Below, piece by piece: positions 59,223-64,000 of a stretch of DNA of 64,000 bases (position 1 is its first letter; each line of letters starts with the position of its first letter). Source of the stretch: Octopus sinensis (taxonomy: Eukaryota); the NCBI RefSeq assembly GCF_006345805.1, contig NC_043007.1, forward strand, positions 22,816,001 through 22,880,000, read 5' to 3'. The notes beneath the pieces are model-generated. The model did no database searches. It worked only from the letters and a program-made list of their open reading frames with translations, and was not told the origin of the DNA. Made by a program: the position numbers and the translations under genes.

Positions 59223-60137
59223 TATTTGTTTTTGGTGGGGGAAACTGGGTGCAAGATCAGTTCTGTTGTCAGTCAATTGGACGACCCCCCCCCCTATTGT
59301 CTATTATTTCGGCCATCAGATTGTGGCCATTCTGGGGCACTGCATTGAAAGGTTTAGTAGAACAAATTATGCTCCAGTACTTATATTTTTGTAAGCCTGG
59401 TGTTCTGTAGATGTTTCTTGAACGCTAAGTCATGGGAAAGTAAACAAACCAACACTTGGTATCAAATAAAGTGGGAGCCAAACACACAACACACACATGA
59501 TGGGCTTCTTACAGTTTCCATTTACCATATTTACTCACAAGGGGGTGGAGGTTTAGCCTAAGGCTATAGTAGAACCCGAAACGATATGGTTGCAAAGTAA
59601 GTTTCTTAACCACACAGCCATCCCCGCACTATATGATAAAAGACATTCCATCCCTGACCATCTCACCATTTTTCTTCGAACGTAGTACATCTCGGAGTAC
59701 ATTATCCAATATGCCCTCGCTTTATTACGACAGTAAAGTGTGATTTAGAGGGAGACATTGGCAGTTCTTTCTAGTAAGTTGACCTACCATATACAGACTC
59801 CTCATTGGTGTTCATATCATCTGTAATATTCACATGAGATTACTGGCTCCATTGTTGAACACCTGCTCCTCTTTAAGTTCTTCGTATAAACACATTAAGA
59901 TATTTACTCACTTTTCACTGTCATTGTTCTGTTTGTGTTGATTCATACTTAGTCCAGGAGTTATTTCACCCCACAGCCACAAATGCATTAGATTCTCACG
60001 GATATGCATGCTTGTAATGTCTCACATTTTTTCACAGACACATACATACAGCATTGACGAACCATTCACTAAGTCTTGTACAACTTTGAGTATATGCATG
60101 CACCATTACTTACGTTTGCACACTCTCAAATATGTAT

Positions 60138-60445
60138 CATCATCATCATCATCTTCGTTTAGCGTCCGCTTTCCATGCTAGCATGGGCTGGACGGTTCAA
60201 CTGGGGTCTGGGAAGCCAGGAGGCTGCACCAGGCCCAGTCTGATCTGGTTATGTTTCTACGGCTGGAAGCCCTTCCTAACGCCAACCACACCGTGAGTGT
60301 AGTGGGTGCTTTTTACGTGCCACCAGCACAGGTGCTAGACGAGGCTGGCAAATGGCTACGATCAGAGAGTACTTTTTACATACCACCGGCATGAGGCCAG
60401 TCGGGGCGGCGCTGGCAATGGCCACGTTCGGATGGTTCTCTTACC
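60138..60445 (-). mobile_element. Family D retroposon
   Basis: (CAT)n then cgtccgctttccatgctagcatggg..cccttcctaacgccaacc. Confidence 0.85.
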
Positions 60446-61018
60446 GGTGGTATGTAAGAGAACATGCATGTATATGTATGTATCTATATATGCATGTATA
60501 TGTATGTATGCATGTATATATATATATATATATATATACCGGAGTAAACACATAAATGTGAAACAAGGTGGAAAAAAGAGTACCCAAATACCAGTGGTAG
60601 AGTAATATGCTTTATTTGCTTTAAATGAAGTATATATATATATATATATTATGGAGATGTACTTGCATAGCAAGCTACCTGATCTGAGATTGTGTGCTGG
60701 TACGAAAACTATTGCAGCATGGAAGGTGTTTATAAGCCATTTAAGAAACACACAAAATCCGTTAGATTCACTTCAACATTTAAATTTAATTTGTCAAAAT
60801 ATTTTCGTCGCTTTAAGACCGTGACCTATTCACTGACAAAATTCCGTGAAAAATTGTCAGTGAACAGGTCGCGGTCTCAAAGCAATGAAAATATTTTGAG
60901 AAATTAAACTTAAATGTTGAAGTGAATCGAACGGATTTTGTGTGTTTCTTAAGTGGCTTGTAAACACCTTCCATGCTGCAATTATATATATATATATATA
61001 TAATATATATATATATAT

Positions 61019-61108
<90 letters not shown>

Positions 61109-61113
<5 letters not shown>

Positions 61114-61620
61114 GGCATAGCTGTGTGGTAAGAAATTTGCTCTCCACCCACACGGTCTCGGGTTCAATCCCAGTGTGTGACATGTTCGCAGATGTGTTCT
61201 GCTATAGCCTTGGGCCAACTAAGATTTGTGAATGGAACGGCGGTGAGTTGGCAGAAACATTAGCACGCTGGGCAAAATGCTTAGCCGTATTTCGTCTGCC
61301 ACTACTTTCTGAGTTCAAATTCCACCAAGATCGACTTTGCCTTTCATCCTTTCGGGGTCAATTAAATAAGTACCAGTTATGCACTTAATCCATTTGCCTG
61401 TCCTTGTTTGTCTCCTTTGTGTGTAGCTCCTTGTAGGCAGTAAAGAACTAAGACTTGTGAATGGATTTGGTAGGTGGAAACTGAAGAAAGCCTGTCATAT
61501 ATGTGTGTCTGTGTTTGTCACCCACTACACTGTTTGAGAATCATGTTGGTGTGTTTACATCCCCCATAGGTTAGTAGTTTGGCAGAAGAGACCTTCAGAA
61601 TAAGTACCAGGTTTTAATAT
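61109..61620 (+). mobile_element. SINE family A with a nested SINE family B (61240-61450)
   Basis: The A head stops at ttgtgaatgga and resumes at ttgtgaatggatttgg after the B copy. Confidence 0.8.
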
Positions 61621-61809
61621 AGGTACTCGTTTTTAAGTACTTGTGTTCTGGGTACTCAAATTGAATACAGCAGCTCATTTTTGCCAGCTGAGTTGACTAG
61701 AGCAACAAGAAGTAAAGTATCTTGCTCAAGGATAGAACACACGATCAGGAATTGAACTCACAACCATACAATGATGAGCCAAATACTCTAGCGATTATGC
61801 CACGCACAC

Positions 61810-62070
61810 CAGCATCGCCTTACTGGCACCTGTGCCGGTGGCATGTGTAAAAGATTCGAGTGAGGTCATTGCCAGTACCGCCTGACTGGCCCCATGCCGG
61901 TGGCACGTAAAAGCACCCACAATACTTTCGGGGTGGTTGGTGTTAGGAAGGGCATCCAGCTGTAGAAACTGCCAGATCAAGATTGAAACCTGGTGCAGCC
62001 ATCTAGTTCGCCAGCCCTCAGTCATTCGTCCAACCCATGCTAGCATGGAAAGCGGACATTAAGCGATGAT
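61810..62070 (+). mobile_element. Family D retroposon
   Basis: gtgccggtggcacgtaaaagcacc units, ggaagggcatccagc, ccatgctagcatggaaagcggac. Confidence 0.82.
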
Positions 62071-62297
62071 TTGTTTCAGTCACTAGATTGTGGCCATGCT
62101 GGGGCACTGTGTTAAAAATTTAGTCAAATGAATCGACCCCAGTATGCCATTTTTTTTTTTAAGAAGTGGTATTTATTAGAGCAGTGTCTTTTGCTGAACT
62201 GCTAAGTTATAGGGACATAAACACACCAACACTGGTTGTTGAGTGGTGATGAGGGAGACAAAGCCACAGATATATATAAAAAATAAATGTGCCCTTT

Positions 62298-62536
62298 TTA
62301 ATGCCTAGCCAGACTCATGGGCCCAGTTTTCCCGGTTTCAATGGCATATGTGTTCCCCAGCTGAATGGGACGCCAGTCCATCGCAGCGTTGCTCATTTTT
62401 GCCAGCTGAGTGGACTGGATCAACATGAAATGAAGTGCTTTGCTCAAGAACACAACGCGCCACCCGGTCCAGGAACCGAAACCACAATCTTACGATCATG
62501 GTGCCCGACACCCAAACCACTAAGCCATGCGCCTCC
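62298..62536 (-). mobile_element. SINE family C
   Basis: Matches 52068-52388. Confidence 0.88.
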
Positions 62537-62565
62537 ACACAGATATATATATCTATCTATCTATC

Positions 62566-62597
<32 letters not shown>

Positions 62598-62599
62598 TG

Positions 62600-62820
62600 G
62601 ATTCAAAATGTGACCGCGTGTGTACCATTGTCGATTTTTTTTTTTTTTTCCTCTGTCTTCCCTTCTCTGGATCTTTCCTTCTCCTATGTTTCCGATGAAG
62701 AGCACCGCACGAGATGTTAAACCCCTCCTTCTTTCCTGAGCGTCCAATAATACTATATTTGTTCCATGTCCTTGCGTTGTTGTGTTTTTCTGTGCTTTCA
62801 TGTTTGGATTAACTAACTAT
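62600..62820 (+). mobile_element. Family H1 hammerhead-like repeat, degenerate
   Basis: GTTT-CCGATGA-A-GAGC(ACC)GCAC-GAGAT-GTT-AAAC at 62688-62722; flanked by (TA)n. Confidence 0.6.
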
Positions 62821-62837
62821 ATATATCTGTATATATC

Positions 62838-62869
<32 letters not shown>

Positions 62870-62953
62870 AATATTAAATGAAATAGAGAAATACAATTGA
62901 CGAACTAAAAATTTATTTATAAGAGAACATAAATCTTTAAAAGACACATATAA

Positions 62954-63034
62954 AGCCAACAATTTGTTTCGACTTACATGCAGTAGTGAATTTATAAAAA
63001 ATTCTTATCTATGTATACGAGCCTCTTCAGGGCT
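62954..63034 (-). ncRNA. Type-I hammerhead ribozyme motif with canonical core
   Basis: On -: stem I AGCC/GGCT, CTGAAGA, stem II GGCT/AGTC extended by TACAT/ATGTA, GAAA, stem III ACAA(A)TTGT, GUU triplet. Confidence 0.72.
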
Positions 63035-63114
63035 ATGGGTCAAAAAAAGAAGAAATATAAAAATGCCCTGTAAGGACTGCCAAATTGCAAAAAAGCATGA
63101 GATTTATTATTATA

Positions 63115-63497
63115 CTAGCAGTATCGCCCGGCATTGCTCGGGTTTGTAAGGGAAATAACTATACATCATTTTAAGAGAGTTATAGCCAAAAAATAGCAAA
63201 AAAATGCATTAAAAATGGAAAAAATATGATGGTAAATTTTTTTTTAAATCGTTGACTCATCGTAGACATTTTTAGAGAGTTACTTCCCTTTAAAAAAATA
63301 TGCATGAAAATGGAAAAAAATGATGGTAAATTACTTTTAAAATCGTAGACGCGCGCTAATACCCAGAAGGGCTCGATATGAATCACGACTATAAGATACC
63401 CGGTTTTGGTTAAACTGCACCGCAAAATGTGGGAGTAGTTAGGAATCTAAATCGAAGGGGACAGACACTCACACAACTACAGTTTTATATATAAAGA
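63115..63497 (-). mobile_element. Non-autonomous Helitron family N1 (downstream unit of a tandem)
   Basis: CTAG at 63115-18; 5' TC at 63497-96. Confidence 0.93.
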
Positions 63498-64000
63498 CTA
63501 GCAGTATCGCCCGGCGTTGCTCGGGTTTGTAAGGGAAATAACTATATAAGCATTTTTAGAGAGTTACTTCCCTTATAGATGCCAATTCGGGCTTTCTTAG
63601 CCATTTCTGTTTTGGTGTCTTCAAGCCATGAAGTCGTTGTTCTAAAAGAACGCTGGTCTCCTTGACAACGCTTTACGACGTTGATTTCCTTACACTCCCT
63701 TCCCCACAGCTTCACGAGGGAGGGAAGAAGCAAACAGGTGCAGGTGTGACCATGGACGCCAACTCCGCCGCCATCGACACACGAAATATTATGCATTAAA
63801 ATGGAATAAAAAAATGATGTTAAATTATTTTTTAAAATCGTAGACTCATCGTAGACGCGCGCTAATACTCAGACGGGCTCGATATGAATCACGACTATAA
63901 GATACCCGAATTTGGTTAAACTGCACCGCAAAATGTGGGAGTAGTTAGGAATCTAAATCGAAGGGGACAGACACTCACACAACTACAGTTTTATATATAT
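63498..64000 (-). mobile_element. Non-autonomous Helitron family N1 with ~215-bp insert (upstream unit of the tandem)
   Basis: CTAG at 63498-501 abuts the TC of the previous copy; the 5' end runs off the window. Confidence 0.93.

Overview
AT-rich, repeat-saturated animal genomic DNA. The SINE families, microsatellite load and TE mix point to an octopus or other coleoid cephalopod (inference from sequence style, no database check). There is no prokaryotic system, rRNA, functional tRNA or CRISPR. Only two credible protein-coding ORFs were found: an intronless BTB-BACK protein lacking Kelch repeats (21548-22345, +) and a 319-aa orphan ORF with an internal 2x40-aa repeat (45211-46170, -). The rest is four SINE-like families (called A-D here), two non-autonomous Helitron families plus a decayed RepHel helicase, Tc1/mariner/pogo, Chapaev-like, hAT and unclassified TIR elements, remnants of CR1/L2, RTE and R4/Dong-type LINEs, and long microsatellites. 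Most notable: (1) at least three near-canonical and four or five variant minimal type-I hammerhead ribozyme motifs in short microsatellite-embedded repeats (Penelope/retrozyme-like); (2) a ~535-bp spacerless palindrome inside an 8-bp-TSD TIR element; (3) SINE multimers flanked by single TSD pairs; (4) a SINE-LINE pair sharing a covarying 3' stem-loop; (5) an exact head-to-tail Helitron junction. Repeat boundaries were read by eye and may be off by ~10-20 bp unless TIR or TSD positions are given.
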